Shown in pieces: positions 8,139 to 17,611 of a stretch of 61,996 bases of DNA. The notes under the pieces are model-generated. The model was given only the letters and a program-made list of their open reading frames with translations. It did no database searches and had not been told where the DNA came from. Each line of letters opens with the position of its first letter. The stretch's first letter is position 1. Source of the stretch: a virus (lineage: Duplodnaviria > Heunggongvirae > Uroviricota > Caudoviricetes); the IMG/VR virus record IMGVR_UViG_3300029705_000040, positions 102,209 through 164,204 of that record; one strand, given 5' to 3'. The position numbers and the translations under genes were made by a program.

Positions 8139-9311
8139 ATGGCGAATGTTATAATAGATGAAAAATATAGTATTTGCGGCACAGATGATGGGCATAGAGT
8201 TTTTGATTTAGTAGTAAATGATCAACTAGTTAGAAGATTTCCTAGATTAGAGGGAGATTTTTTACATATGCCAGATGCGGATTATGTAATGGCTCAAGGA
8301 ACATTTTTAGGAGAGGGTATGCCTCCAGCAGTCTTGGTATCCGAATATGAGTATGAGCAACCTAGTATTTATGATCCATTTTACTATATGATACATAGTA
8401 TAAGATCTGATGCAGTAGATATTCCTGTAAATCTTTAGAGACTTATAACTGATGCTGAAGCATTAAATACTCTAGCATCAAACTTAGAAAATAATAATCA
8501 TAGATTAATATTTGTTTATATTAACACTACTGATGAGCAATCTTTTATTGATTTGATTAAAAAATTTCATGATAAGTTTTCTGAGGAGTATTTTTTTATA
8601 TTTATTAATCTAGAATTAATTTTATCTGGTTATCCTAACATACTTTCAAATTATTATAATATGTATGTTATTAGAAGTGGTTTATATGGTGTAATAGATG
8701 CTGCTAAAAGTTTAATTAACAATATTAGTACTAATTCTGAAATGTCGAATATTTGTGTTATCGAATAGGGTAGTCGTTTAACAAATATTGATGGTACAGA
8801 AAAATTAAATTATTTAACTATATACTCAGAACTTTTAGATAGTCTCAATGTTGTATAGATATACAACTTTGCTGGAAGTGATTAGACATCATTATTAAAT
8901 ACTCTAGAGGTGTGTATTAATGAGGCATCTAGTTATGGTACTGATACTATATTAATTTTACCAGATATTTATATATCAAATACTACTTTAAAACCATTAA
9001 AACCAGATCTCGAAGAGGCTGGTATAAATTTACTAATAATAAAGCCAAGTCAAGAAAGCTTAAATGCTGAAACTGATTAGTATTTTATTTGTAAGTATAA
9101 TACTGAGAATGTAGGTTCTTTTTTGTACAATTTATTTTCTGCTTTTGAATCAGGTTCTATAGATGATGTTGATTGTTCTTTAAGGGATTTTACTAGAAAT
9201 TTTTATTTTTATTAGCCAAGCGGTACTGATTATTATGAGGCTCTTGATTCAAATTTTCAACCTATGAGTTGGGCTGAGTGGCTTATAACGCCAAGTCCTC
9301 AGATATTATAA
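8139..9311 (+). CDS. Hypothetical protein (390 aa with TAG read as Gln)
   Basis: Joins ORF-track pieces 8139 and 8553 and continues through 6 in-frame TAG to TAA 9309-9311, just before a terminator. Confidence 0.75.
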
Positions 9312-9324
9312 AATATAGAATAAA

Positions 9325-9360
9325 AAACCTTACTTAAGAGAAATCTTTTGTAAGGTTTTC
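9325..9360 (+). terminator. Intrinsic terminator
   Basis: AAACCTTAC..AAGA-GAAA-TCTT..GTAAGGTTT stem. Confidence 0.65.
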
Positions 9361-9369
9361 CTTTGTTAA

Positions 9370-9401
9370 TAGTTGATCTTTTCTTTTAGGTATATTATAA
9401 T
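9370..9401 (+). promoter_or_regulatory. sigma70-type promoter
   Basis: TAG-TTGATC-17 bp-TATAAT. Confidence 0.8.
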
Positions 9402-9431
9402 ATAGATATAAAATAGAAGAGGTATTATTTT

Positions 9432-9797
9432 ATGTCAATAAAAATTTATCAAACGCAATTTACTAAAAATATGTCTGATATTGATCTCATTTATAAGCAG
9501 CACATTTTAGCTGAGAATTTAGATCAGGCTAAAGAGTTATTTTGCAAGAAACTGTATCTTGAATCTTTTCCTGATAATATTTCTATTAAAGAAATTCCTT
9601 TCAATATCTCTTATATGCGGACTTATTTTGGGGATGGTTGGAAGGATGAAATTAATTCTGAAACAGATACTCATACAGTAAGAAGAAATGTTATCCATGA
9701 GTGCGCTAATTGCGGACGTAACTTTGTAACTATTAAGCAATCTGATTTTTGTCCTGATTGCGGTAGTTATCTTGCTTATGAGGTTATGGATCTGTAA
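9432..9797 (+). CDS. Hypothetical protein with C-terminal zinc ribbon
   Basis: CANCG...FCPDCG. Confidence 0.75.
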   Translation: MSIKIYQTQFTKNMSDIDLIYKQHILAENLDQAKELFCKKLYLESFPDNISIKEIPFNISYMRTYFGDGWKDEINSETDTHTVRRNVIHECANCGRNFVTIKQSDFCPDCGSYLAYEVMDL

Positions 9798-9819
9798 AAT
9801 AAAATTTATACAGAAAAAT

Positions 9820-9871
9820 AAAGATCAACTAGTTAATTTTAGTTGATCTTTTTTCATTTTTATTATATAAT
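9820..9871 (+). promoter_or_regulatory. Terminator hairpin overlapping a sigma70-type promoter
   Basis: AAAGATCAACTA/TAGTTGATCTTT inverted repeat whose right arm is the -35 (TTGATC 9843), then 17 bp and TATAAT 9866. Confidence 0.75.
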
Positions 9872-9904
9872 TAATATATAGAATATATAAGTAGGTATTA
9901 GTTT

Positions 9905-10261
9905 ATGGGACTAAAACTTTTTAAATGCTTTATTGAGGAAAATGGTTGGGGAACATATTATGAGCGCAATCCAGAAATTATTATCGCTCAAAATGCTGAA
10001 GAAGCCTTAACCTTATATCGATCTAATAAGAATTTACGTAAAAATGCTAAGGGCTTGAAAATAAAAGAAGTACCATACAAAGTAGGTAAACGTATAAATA
10101 AACAAAAATTAGAAAGAGTATTAGTGAAAGAAATTTATCCCATTAAGCAAGCTTATAAAACAACTAAAGAAGTTACACATTTTTATTGTAACTGTTGTAT
10201 GAAAGAAGTGAACAGATATGATAGCTTCTGTAAATGTTGTGGTACATATTTTCCAAATTAA
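9905..10261 (+). CDS. Hypothetical protein with C-terminal zinc ribbon
   Basis: YCNCCMKEV...FCKCCG. Confidence 0.75.
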   Translation: MGLKLFKCFIEENGWGTYYERNPEIIIAQNAEEALTLYRSNKNLRKNAKGLKIKEVPYKVGKRINKQKLERVLVKEIYPIKQAYKTTKEVTHFYCNCCMKEVNRYDSFCKCCGTYFPN

Positions 10262-10264
10262 GTC

Positions 10265-10723
10265 ATGAGAAAATTAGAAAACAAATTTATTCACTTTGGT
10301 GATACAAAATTTGATATTAATAAGTGGGAAGATGTAATAGATACGCACTGGATTAAACCTATAGGTGGATTATGGGCTTCTAGAAAGCATGTTCCTTATG
10401 GATGGTTTCAATGGAATGCTTCTAACCACTACATGGATTGCTCTTCTTATAATTGTTTTGAATTTAGTCTTAAACCAGAAGCTAGAATACTTACTATAAA
10501 ATCTATTGAGGATTTGGAAGCTTTACCTAAACATGAGCCTGAAAAATGCTTTCAATTGTTAAGAGTTTTTGAGACTGTTTATTTAGACTTTAACAAATTG
10601 AAAGAAGAATATGATGCTATCGAAGTATTTATTTCTTCCGACAGTCGATTATATCGAGCTTTATATGGTTGGGATTGTGATTCTATTTTAATTATGAATA
10701 AGGATGTGATTGAATATGTTTAA
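10265..10723 (+). CDS. Hypothetical phage protein (KPxGGLWAS motif)
   Basis: ORF track; operon context. Confidence 0.75.
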   Translation: MRKLENKFIHFGDTKFDINKWEDVIDTHWIKPIGGLWASRKHVPYGWFQWNASNHYMDCSSYNCFEFSLKPEARILTIKSIEDLEALPKHEPEKCFQLLRVFETVYLDFNKLKEEYDAIEVFISSDSRLYRALYGWDCDSILIMNKDVIEYV

Positions 10724-11105
10724 TCCAGGAAAATGGGAACAGAAGTGTGCAGAAAGGTGTCCTATTTCTGTAGATTCTGATTTAGAAAAAACAGCTCAGT
10801 TAGAAGTTGATAGAATAAAATTTTTACAACAGTTTGAGAATAAAAGTACTTTTATGATTTCAGATGTTATTTATGCTGACGAGCTTTCTGATATTGGTAA
10901 AATAAATTTTAATGCTAATAGATCTCAACCAGCATTGTTTTTCGAAGTACATACTTTTGATAATAAAATTAGATATAGGTCTGCTAACTCAGAAGAAGAA
11001 TTATTTAAAAAGTATTCTAACATTAAAGCTCTCAGACAAATATCGAAAGAAAATTATGATACATTAAGAGCAAAAGCTGTGCGTACAAATGCTGATGATT
11101 TATAA
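10710..11105 (+). CDS. Hypothetical protein
   Basis: ORF track; overlapping operon context. Confidence 0.7.
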   Translation: MNMFNPGKWEQKCAERCPISVDSDLEKTAQLEVDRIKFLQQFENKSTFMISDVIYADELSDIGKINFNANRSQPALFFEVHTFDNKIRYRSANSEEELFKKYSNIKALRQISKENYDTLRAKAVRTNADDL

Positions 11106-11120
11106 TGAGAGGTGTAATAG

Positions 11121-11630
11121 ATGACTGAAACAATAGATATTGTTAAAAATTATACTGAAGCTAAAGATGCTTATATAGATAATGTAAAAAGCTATATTGA
11201 AACTATCTTAGCTACAAATTTTTGTAAGCACGCTCAAGTATCAGTTAAGCCTAATTATATTACTGCAGAATTAGTAAACGCATATATTTATATTGATTTT
11301 GTGGATGATAATAATGAACACATTTTTGGTAGCGATATTAATATTCGGTACACAGAAAAACGACCTGTTGATTTTGAAAAATTAGAAATGACTGTTGAGA
11401 TGGATTACTATGCTCACACTGTTTTTGATTATGATGCTCTTGAAATAGAAAGGTGTAGAGCTATTAGCGTATTAGCTACTTGCTTAAGCGTTATAAAGAC
11501 TATTCTAGATAAAGAGCCTAAAGAAGATTTCATTAAAGCTAGTATTGCTTTAAATGAGTTTTATAAACAAAACAAACAAAAAGAAATAGATATGCTGAGG
11601 TCAAGTAATGGTAAAAGAAATACTGACTAA
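11121..11630 (+). CDS. Hypothetical protein
   Basis: ORF track; GAGG RBS. Confidence 0.75.
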   Translation: MTETIDIVKNYTEAKDAYIDNVKSYIETILATNFCKHAQVSVKPNYITAELVNAYIYIDFVDDNNEHIFGSDINIRYTEKRPVDFEKLEMTVEMDYYAHTVFDYDALEIERCRAISVLATCLSVIKTILDKEPKEDFIKASIALNEFYKQNKQKEIDMLRSSNGKRNTD

Positions 11631-12078
11631 TTTAAGAGATGATAAATCTGTTTACATACAATCTGCTAGCGGTTTATCTATTATCCAAATCGCTTATTTT
11701 AAGCCTGATAAATTTGATGATGCTATTATCAATCTAAGATATTTTGGAAGTGTTAGTAAAGATAATTTCAAATATTCTGGTTTTAGATTTGACGTGAAAG
11801 GTTTTTATGAGTTTTATTCTCATTTGCAAGATTTGCTTAATCCAGATAGTACGCAATTGATGTATACTAAGATTGATTCTAATGATGAGCGTATAAATCT
11901 CACTAGATCAGATAATGGGATTTCTGTATATAAATATGTAAGTAAAACATTGCAGGAACGTAATGATCCTCTATGGGAATTTTATATTGATAGAGATGCA
12001 GCAAATGAGTTTATCGAACATCTTCGCAATATGTTAGCGCTTATTGCTACACAGGTTGATATGAGTGAGGAAGTATAA
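11608..12078 (+). CDS. Hypothetical protein
   Basis: ORF track; GAGG RBS. Confidence 0.75.
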   Translation: MVKEILTNLRDDKSVYIQSASGLSIIQIAYFKPDKFDDAIINLRYFGSVSKDNFKYSGFRFDVKGFYEFYSHLQDLLNPDSTQLMYTKIDSNDERINLTRSDNGISVYKYVSKTLQERNDPLWEFYIDRDAANEFIEHLRNMLALIATQVDMSEEV

Positions 12079-12080
12079 TT

Positions 12081-12527
12081 ATGAGACATGTTTTAAGAAG
12101 TATAAAACCATATTGGGTGTATCTTATTTTGAAGGGTAAAAAGACTGTTGAGGTTGGTAAAAATATACCTAAAGCAGAAGATTGGTCTAAATATATTTAT
12201 ATTTATTGCAGTAAAGATTTGAGATCTTTCAATCGCATTCCTAAAGAAGATCGAGAATGGTTTAAGAAATATTTAGGAACAGTTGTTGGTAGATTCTTTT
12301 GCCCTGAAATTGGAAGAGCTTACTGGACAGATATCGATGGCGAAGATGGATATCTGCTACCATGCTTAGGTGATGAGTGCCTCACTTATGATGAGCTACT
12401 CGACTATGGCCAATATGCAGATTTGTTTTTATATAAGATATCGAATTTGGAAATGTTCGAATATTCTAAAAATTTGAAATTTTTTGGATTAGAAAAAGCA
12501 CCACAAAGCTGGTGCTACATAAAATAA
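12081..12527 (+). CDS. ASCH/PUA-like domain protein
   Basis: VLRSIKPYWVYLILKGKKTVEVGK resembles the ASCH SIKP...GxKTxExR signature (R replaced by G); C-terminal APQSWCY. Confidence 0.7.
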   Translation: MRHVLRSIKPYWVYLILKGKKTVEVGKNIPKAEDWSKYIYIYCSKDLRSFNRIPKEDREWFKKYLGTVVGRFFCPEIGRAYWTDIDGEDGYLLPCLGDECLTYDELLDYGQYADLFLYKISNLEMFEYSKNLKFFGLEKAPQSWCYIK

Positions 12528-12544
12528 TATTGAGGAGAAAATTT

Positions 12545-12973
12545 ATGTTAAAAGATCTTATTTTAGAAAAATGGAAGGAAGCATTTAAAGCAAAAGATGA
12601 AAATTTGAAATCAGCCTACTCGATGGTTAAAGCAAAAATTCTAGTAGAAGAAAAATCAGGTAAATATACGCTTCCTCTCACTGATGATGTTGTAGTTGCT
12701 ATCATCACAAAAGAAGTAAAAGAATTAAAAGAAACTCAAACATTCTACAAACCAGAAGATCAAATGTACGCTGATATCAATGTAAAGATTGCGGCTTTAT
12801 CAGAATATCTTCCTAAACAAATGACTGCAGAAGAAGTTAAAGAAGTCATTGCTAGACTTCTTACTCAAGAAACAAATAAAGGTAAACTTATTGGTTTAAC
12901 TGTTAAAGAAGTTGGTAACAGATATGATAAGTCTAAAATTGCTCAGCTAGTTAATGAGGTAGTAAATGGATAA
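12545..12973 (+). CDS. GatB/YqeY-domain protein
   Basis: EAFKAKD...MVKAKIL...LTDDVVVAIITKEVK...EYLPKQMTAEEVKEVI; start moved to the ATG after GAGGAG. Confidence 0.8.
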   Translation: MLKDLILEKWKEAFKAKDENLKSAYSMVKAKILVEEKSGKYTLPLTDDVVVAIITKEVKELKETQTFYKPEDQMYADINVKIAALSEYLPKQMTAEEVKEVIARLLTQETNKGKLIGLTVKEVGNRYDKSKIAQLVNEVVNG

Positions 12974-13187
12974 TAAGCCTAATGATGATTTACTCATATG
13001 CATTCTTTTGCAACTGCTAGTTTGCTGCATACTTCCATTAGCTATTCCTGTTGCTATTTTGTGCCCATACGAGACGTTTTTAGATTATTTTTTAAGCATA
13101 TTTATTTTATCAATTGAGGCTATTGTTTTCATTTGTTTATCTATTTTCATTTGGAAACACTATAAGGCATGGAGGGGAAAGAGGTGA
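12966..13187 (+). CDS. Small membrane protein, two helices
   Basis: ORF track; two hydrophobic segments. Confidence 0.65.
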   Translation: MDNKPNDDLLICILLQLLVCCILPLAIPVAILCPYETFLDYFLSIFILSIEAIVFICLSIFIWKHYKAWRGKR

Positions 13188-13486
13188 GAAAGCAGTTCGT
13201 AACTAAACAAATCTGTAAAGGTGATAATTGTGTGCAGGTGAGTGGTGATATCTATATTGGAAATGGTACAAAGATCCAAAACAGTAGAATTGGATCAAGC
13301 TCACAAATAACTAGTAGTAGCATTATTCTTAATGGAAAAGAAATTCCAGCACCACCTAAAGTGCGAGGTAATAATAGGTATGTAGAGATTATTAACAATC
13401 ATGTTTGGTTTGGAGGCTACTACTGGACTGGAAAAGAGTGGGTGAAAATGTCTAAATTGAGATTTAGACTGATGAGGAAAAATTAA
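13169..13486 (+). CDS. Hypothetical protein
   Basis: ORF track. Confidence 0.6.
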   Translation: MEGKEVRKQFVTKQICKGDNCVQVSGDIYIGNGTKIQNSRIGSSSQITSSSIILNGKEIPAPPKVRGNNRYVEIINNHVWFGGYYWTGKEWVKMSKLRFRLMRKN

Positions 13487-13488
13487 AA

Positions 13489-13677
13489 ATGGAAGAAGAT
13501 ATCCGCTATAAAAGCATTTTATCTAAAGAAACTTTAATCTATAATCTCATTTATCATTTAAGAGATTGTAAAGATGAGGAAGATAGTACAGCTAGAATTA
13601 GAAGTGTTTTAGAGCATTTCGAAGATAAAGAAAAATATTGTCAAAAATGTTTAAAGAGACGTAAGAAAAATAGTTGA
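13489..13677 (+). CDS. Small hypothetical protein
   Basis: ORF track. Confidence 0.55.
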   Translation: MEEDIRYKSILSKETLIYNLIYHLRDCKDEEDSTARIRSVLEHFEDKEKYCQKCLKRRKKNS

Positions 13678-13702
13678 TTTAAACTTGATTTTATCATATA
13701 AT
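13671..13702 (+). promoter_or_regulatory. sigma70-type promoter
   Basis: TAG-TTGATT-17 bp-TATAAT. Confidence 0.75.
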
Positions 13703-13739
13703 ATATACATAAAATGAAATAAAATTTTTCAGGTAGTGT

Positions 13740-14279
13740 ATGTTTAAGTTAACTGAGTCTGTAATTAATTCTGGTATCGAAAATGCTTCTAAAATATTAA
13801 GCGAAGTGTATCCAACATTTCAAGTTCCTAATATTTGGAGCATAAAAGTAACTAACGCAACTAGCTATTGGGCTAATATTGGAAGAGATAAAAAAGTTAG
13901 ATCTAGATTTGGAATGCACATCAGCCGAACTTTTGAGAAAATTCCAGATGAAAATCTTGCTAGACTTAGATTTGAAACATGCATGATACATGAGCTTATA
14001 CATACTATTCCTGGTTGCAATAATCATGGAAACAATTTTAAAAGAGTTGGGCGCATGGTTAAAAGAAAATATCCTCAATATGATATCTGCAGATGTGTAA
14101 GCGCAGAAGAGTTTGGTGTTGATAAAGCAGAAGCTAAACCTGCTAAATATCTTATTCGATGTGAACACTGCAATCATGAGTATAGATATCAGCGTAAGCC
14201 AAAGTATGCTATAAGCGAATATAAATGCTCAAAATGTGGTTCGGATAAGTTAAAACTGTTTACAATTAAAATTTTCTAA
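13740..14279 (+). CDS. SprT-like zinc metallopeptidase
   Basis: HELIH (HExxH), downstream HGNNFK, C-terminal CEHC...CSKC zinc ribbon. Confidence 0.85.
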   Translation: MFKLTESVINSGIENASKILSEVYPTFQVPNIWSIKVTNATSYWANIGRDKKVRSRFGMHISRTFEKIPDENLARLRFETCMIHELIHTIPGCNNHGNNFKRVGRMVKRKYPQYDICRCVSAEEFGVDKAEAKPAKYLIRCEHCNHEYRYQRKPKYAISEYKCSKCGSDKLKLFTIKIF

Positions 14280-14447
14280 GACTTGATTTGTAAATTAGTA
14301 TGTAACAGTTAATTCTCACTCAGAGAGGGTAATATTCGCTGAAGGAAATTATACTAAGAATGTTAAAGTAATATATTTTATTACCTTGAAAATTTAATTC
14401 AGGGAGAATAAAGAGAATCATATAAAATAAAAATAACAGGTGAAAAT

Positions 14448-14819
14448 ATGGAAAAGAAATTTGTAACTGTAGATCAGATTGAAACAGTTGTATGTCCAAT
14501 CGATGAGCAAGAATTTACTGTATGTGGTTATCGAAAAGATTCTACTTTCGAAGTTTTCTGCTCAGATCAAGTTATGTTAACTAAGCTAAAAAAGTCTTTA
14601 GCTACCAGTCCTGATGAAGTTAAATGCTGGGAAGGAAGCAGAGATTCCGAAGGTAATATGACTGGCTATTTCTTCTCAATGCCGAAGAAATTTATCGCGC
14701 TAAAGAAAGCTATTAACACTAGAAGTAAAAATATGACTCAAGAAGAAAAAGATGCTAGAGCACAACGTATGCGTGATAATTGGGCTAAACGTAAGGCAGT
14801 TAAAAATGTGGAAGAATAA
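14448..14819 (+). CDS. Hypothetical protein, basic C-terminus
   Basis: ORF track. Confidence 0.75.
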   Translation: MEKKFVTVDQIETVVCPIDEQEFTVCGYRKDSTFEVFCSDQVMLTKLKKSLATSPDEVKCWEGSRDSEGNMTGYFFSMPKKFIALKKAINTRSKNMTQEEKDARAQRMRDNWAKRKAVKNVEE

Positions 14820-15306
14820 AAAAGACAAACCTATTAAATTAGGTCAAATTAAAAATGAAAAGCTCGAAAAATTTTCGGATTCTATTACATGGGATTTTGA
14901 CATCACCTTGCTTATATTCATTAGAGATGGTTTGAAAAGATTTAAAGAGCTTAATAATGGTATTCCATAAAGAATTTTTCAAAAGCATGATCAAGAATGC
15001 CAGGCTATTAAAGAGTGGGATGATATAATACAAACTATCATTGATAACATTGATTATTATTTTCGAGATGAGGAATCATTTTTAAGTTCAGATGATAAAA
15101 ACTTATTAGAAAATTACCATAAAGAAGATCATGTAATTAGTAGAGAAGAGCATGAAGATGGATCTGTTACAGTCAAATATGCTGAAATGCCTGCTTCTAT
15201 AAAAGCTATCTATGACTTTATGGTGGAAAAATCTAAAGAACAAGAAGAAAAGTTGCAAGAAGCATTTGACTTAATTAAAGAATGGCATGCTGAGTTTTGG
15301 TGGTAA
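14806..15306 (+). pseudogene. Conserved-looking phage protein interrupted by one in-frame TAA
   Basis: MWKNKK...WDFDITLLIFIRDGLKRFKELNNGIP*RIFQK...EWDDIIQ...LQEAFDLIKEWHAEFWW*; TAA at 14968-14970, then the frame stays open to 15306. Confidence 0.65.
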
Positions 15307-15309
15307 TTC

Positions 15310-15897
15310 ATGAAAATATTTTTTGATTTTGACAACACTTTAGTAAACACTACAGCTGCTTTTTGCGAATATGCTAAATGGACTTTTGATGATGTATGTA
15401 TTTCACCATTTGCAGTTCGACAATACGATTTTTCAGATCAGATGAAATTTTCTAAAGATCAACTTATCAATGCTTTTTCTTCGGATAGATTATTTGAATA
15501 TTTGAGACCTTATACTGGTGTAAGAAATGTTTTAGAGCAATTGCAAAAAACAAATCTTTTTGAAATATATTTAGTTTCAAATTGCTCAGCAGAAAGTGCT
15601 ACTAAAAAATTGAAGTGGTTGCATGAATTTCAATTCGATAGATATTTTACTGGTAAGATTATGCTTGATATAAATAAGCCTTATGATAAATCTCTCATTG
15701 ATATGTCAGGTAGCATATTTGTAGATGATCATAAATTAAACCATGCAAGCAGTAATGCTAATTATAAATACGCTTTTGTAGAAGCTGATACTGTTAGAAA
15801 TTGGGCACCTACAGAAGCTGATAATGTAAAAATTTTTAAAGGCTGGTACACTCCAATTGCCAAGGAATGGATCAATATAGCCGAAAATAATAAATAA
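15310..15897 (+). CDS. HAD-family 5'(3')-nucleotidase (NT5C-like)
   Basis: FFDFDNTLVN (DxDxT), KKLKWL, IFVDDH. Confidence 0.8.
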   Translation: MKIFFDFDNTLVNTTAAFCEYAKWTFDDVCISPFAVRQYDFSDQMKFSKDQLINAFSSDRLFEYLRPYTGVRNVLEQLQKTNLFEIYLVSNCSAESATKKLKWLHEFQFDRYFTGKIMLDINKPYDKSLIDMSGSIFVDDHKLNHASSNANYKYAFVEADTVRNWAPTEADNVKIFKGWYTPIAKEWINIAENNK

Positions 15898-15922
15898 ATT
15901 AAAAGGTGGTGATTTTCACATT

Positions 15923-16156
15923 ATGGCAAGCAACGTAACTATTAAACAAAAGTATCCTCATGAGTCAGCAGAATCTATGATTCGTAGATTTAAGAAGAAA
16001 GTTGAGAAAGCTGGTGTATTGCAAGACATGCGTAAGCATGAAGAATATGTAGCACCTGCTGAAAAGAAACGTCTCAAATCTAAATTAGCTAGAGCAAGAG
16101 TAGCTAAAGAAGAGAGAAAGAAAGCTGCTAGAGAAGCTGCTTCGAGACAGTATTGA
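15923..16156 (+). CDS. rpsU: Ribosomal protein bS21
   Basis: ESAESMIRRFKKKVEKAGVLQDMRKHEEYVAPAEKKRLK matches the S21 consensus. Confidence 0.9.
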   Translation: MASNVTIKQKYPHESAESMIRRFKKKVEKAGVLQDMRKHEEYVAPAEKKRLKSKLARARVAKEERKKAAREAASRQY

Positions 16157-16172
16157 GAGGTACATAACTGGG

Positions 16173-16718
16173 ATGACTAAGGTAATTAATTTATTTGGTG
16201 GCCCAGGTTGCGGAAAAAGTACAGGCGCAGCGTTCATTTTTGCTAGATTAAAAATGGCAGGGGTGAACGCTGAGCTAGTTACTGAATTCGCAAAAGATAA
16301 GACATGGGAACATAATTCTAAAGCACTTACATGTCAACCCTATGTTTTTGGAAAACAATCCTATAGAATGGATAGATGTGCAGATGAGGTAGATATTATT
16401 GTCACTGATAGCCCATTATTCTTATCTGCTATGTACAATGATGATAAAGAAATTGAACCAGAGTTTACTTCTACTGTAATTAAGAAATTTAATGAGTTTA
16501 ATAATTTTAATTATTTCTTGAGAAGAGTTAAACCATATAACCCTAAGGGTAGAAATCAGACTGAAGAAGAAGCTATAGAGCTAGATAAAAAGATCAAGAA
16601 AAATTTAGATAATTTTGGAATCAAATATTCTGAAGCTAATGGTGATAAAGATGGTTATGAAACTATCTTAAATGAAATTTTTAAAGTACTTATTCTTGAA
16701 AAGTTAAAATCTGAATAA
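16173..16718 (+). CDS. NadR/Ttd14-like P-loop nucleotide kinase (AAA_28 type)
   Basis: VINLFGGPGCGKST, VTEFAKD, IVTDSPL, YNPKGRNQTEEEA. Confidence 0.8.
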   Translation: MTKVINLFGGPGCGKSTGAAFIFARLKMAGVNAELVTEFAKDKTWEHNSKALTCQPYVFGKQSYRMDRCADEVDIIVTDSPLFLSAMYNDDKEIEPEFTSTVIKKFNEFNNFNYFLRRVKPYNPKGRNQTEEEAIELDKKIKKNLDNFGIKYSEANGDKDGYETILNEIFKVLILEKLKSE

Positions 16719-16724
16719 AAATAT

Positions 16725-16766
16725 AAGTGGAAATTTATGTACTAAAAATGTGGAATTTCCACTTTT
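16725..16766 (+). terminator. Intrinsic terminator
   Basis: AAGTGGAAATT/AATTTCCACTT inverted repeat followed by T-tract. Confidence 0.6.
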
Positions 16767-16861
16767 TCCACTTTCCTATGACGCTTCAGATAAAGCGCTT
16801 TATATAGAGCGTCCAGATCTTAATATTACTTGTTTAGATAAGTATATGATAATATACTTAG

Positions 16862-16929
16862 ATAAATAATAATATTAATATATTTAAATATATATATAAT
16901 AAATAATATATAATAATATAATATATATA
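16862..16929. other. 68-bp stretch containing only A and T
   Basis: No G or C between g16861 and c16930; lies in the non-coding gap 16719-17104. Confidence 0.9.
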
Positions 16930-17104
16930 CTTGTTATAGATTAGAGCGCAGTTGGTTTTTGGAAAGTGTACTAAATCGGAAGTGTACAGTAGTCACTTCC
17001 TCAGATCCATAATTTTTTTTTCAGAAGAAATATCTACATTTTAGCTTAAATGAAAGTTAGGTCAGTGAATAGCGCCCCGCGCTTCTCGCCACATAGGAAA
17101 TATT

Positions 17105-17530
17105 ATGGGACATTATGAACAATGGCTAGATGAGTTTTTACATAAAAAGATGCTAGCAAAAATAGAAAGAAAACTTAATCCGAAAAAGCCTAAACCAGAA
17201 CTTTTCAAGGATATTATTTGCAAGACAATTCGAGGATATCTATCTGAACATGGTTATAGGTATTTAGAGATAAATGCTCAGTCAGGAAGCATTTATTTTC
17301 AAATAAGCATTCCAGAATCAGATTGGCAAACACCAGTTATAAGAATCTCTGATCATTACAGCAAGCGCTCAAAAATACATTTAGCTGAGTTTATAATACC
17401 TGAAATTTCAAAAAATAGAAAAAAAGATAATTTACAGAAGTATGTTATCAAGCAGCTAAATGTTGGATTTAAAAAGCTAAAGAAATCTGCTTTACATAAA
17501 GCCTGGGAAGCTGTGCGCGAAGTAAATTAA
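17105..17530 (+). CDS. Hypothetical basic protein
   Basis: ORF track; contains IRISDH. Confidence 0.7.
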   Translation: MGHYEQWLDEFLHKKMLAKIERKLNPKKPKPELFKDIICKTIRGYLSEHGYRYLEINAQSGSIYFQISIPESDWQTPVIRISDHYSKRSKIHLAEFIIPEISKNRKKDNLQKYVIKQLNVGFKKLKKSALHKAWEAVREVN

Positions 17531-17561
17531 ATTTTTTCAAATATTTTTGATAAATACTTAA

Positions 17562-17569
17562 GCTAAATT
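17562..17569 (+). promoter_or_regulatory. GCTAAATT putative late promoter
   Basis: Recurrent intergenic octamer. Confidence 0.65.
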
Positions 17570-17611
17570 TGTGTGTAGTAACAAATTCTTGAAAAGAAAG
17601 GAAATTGAAAC

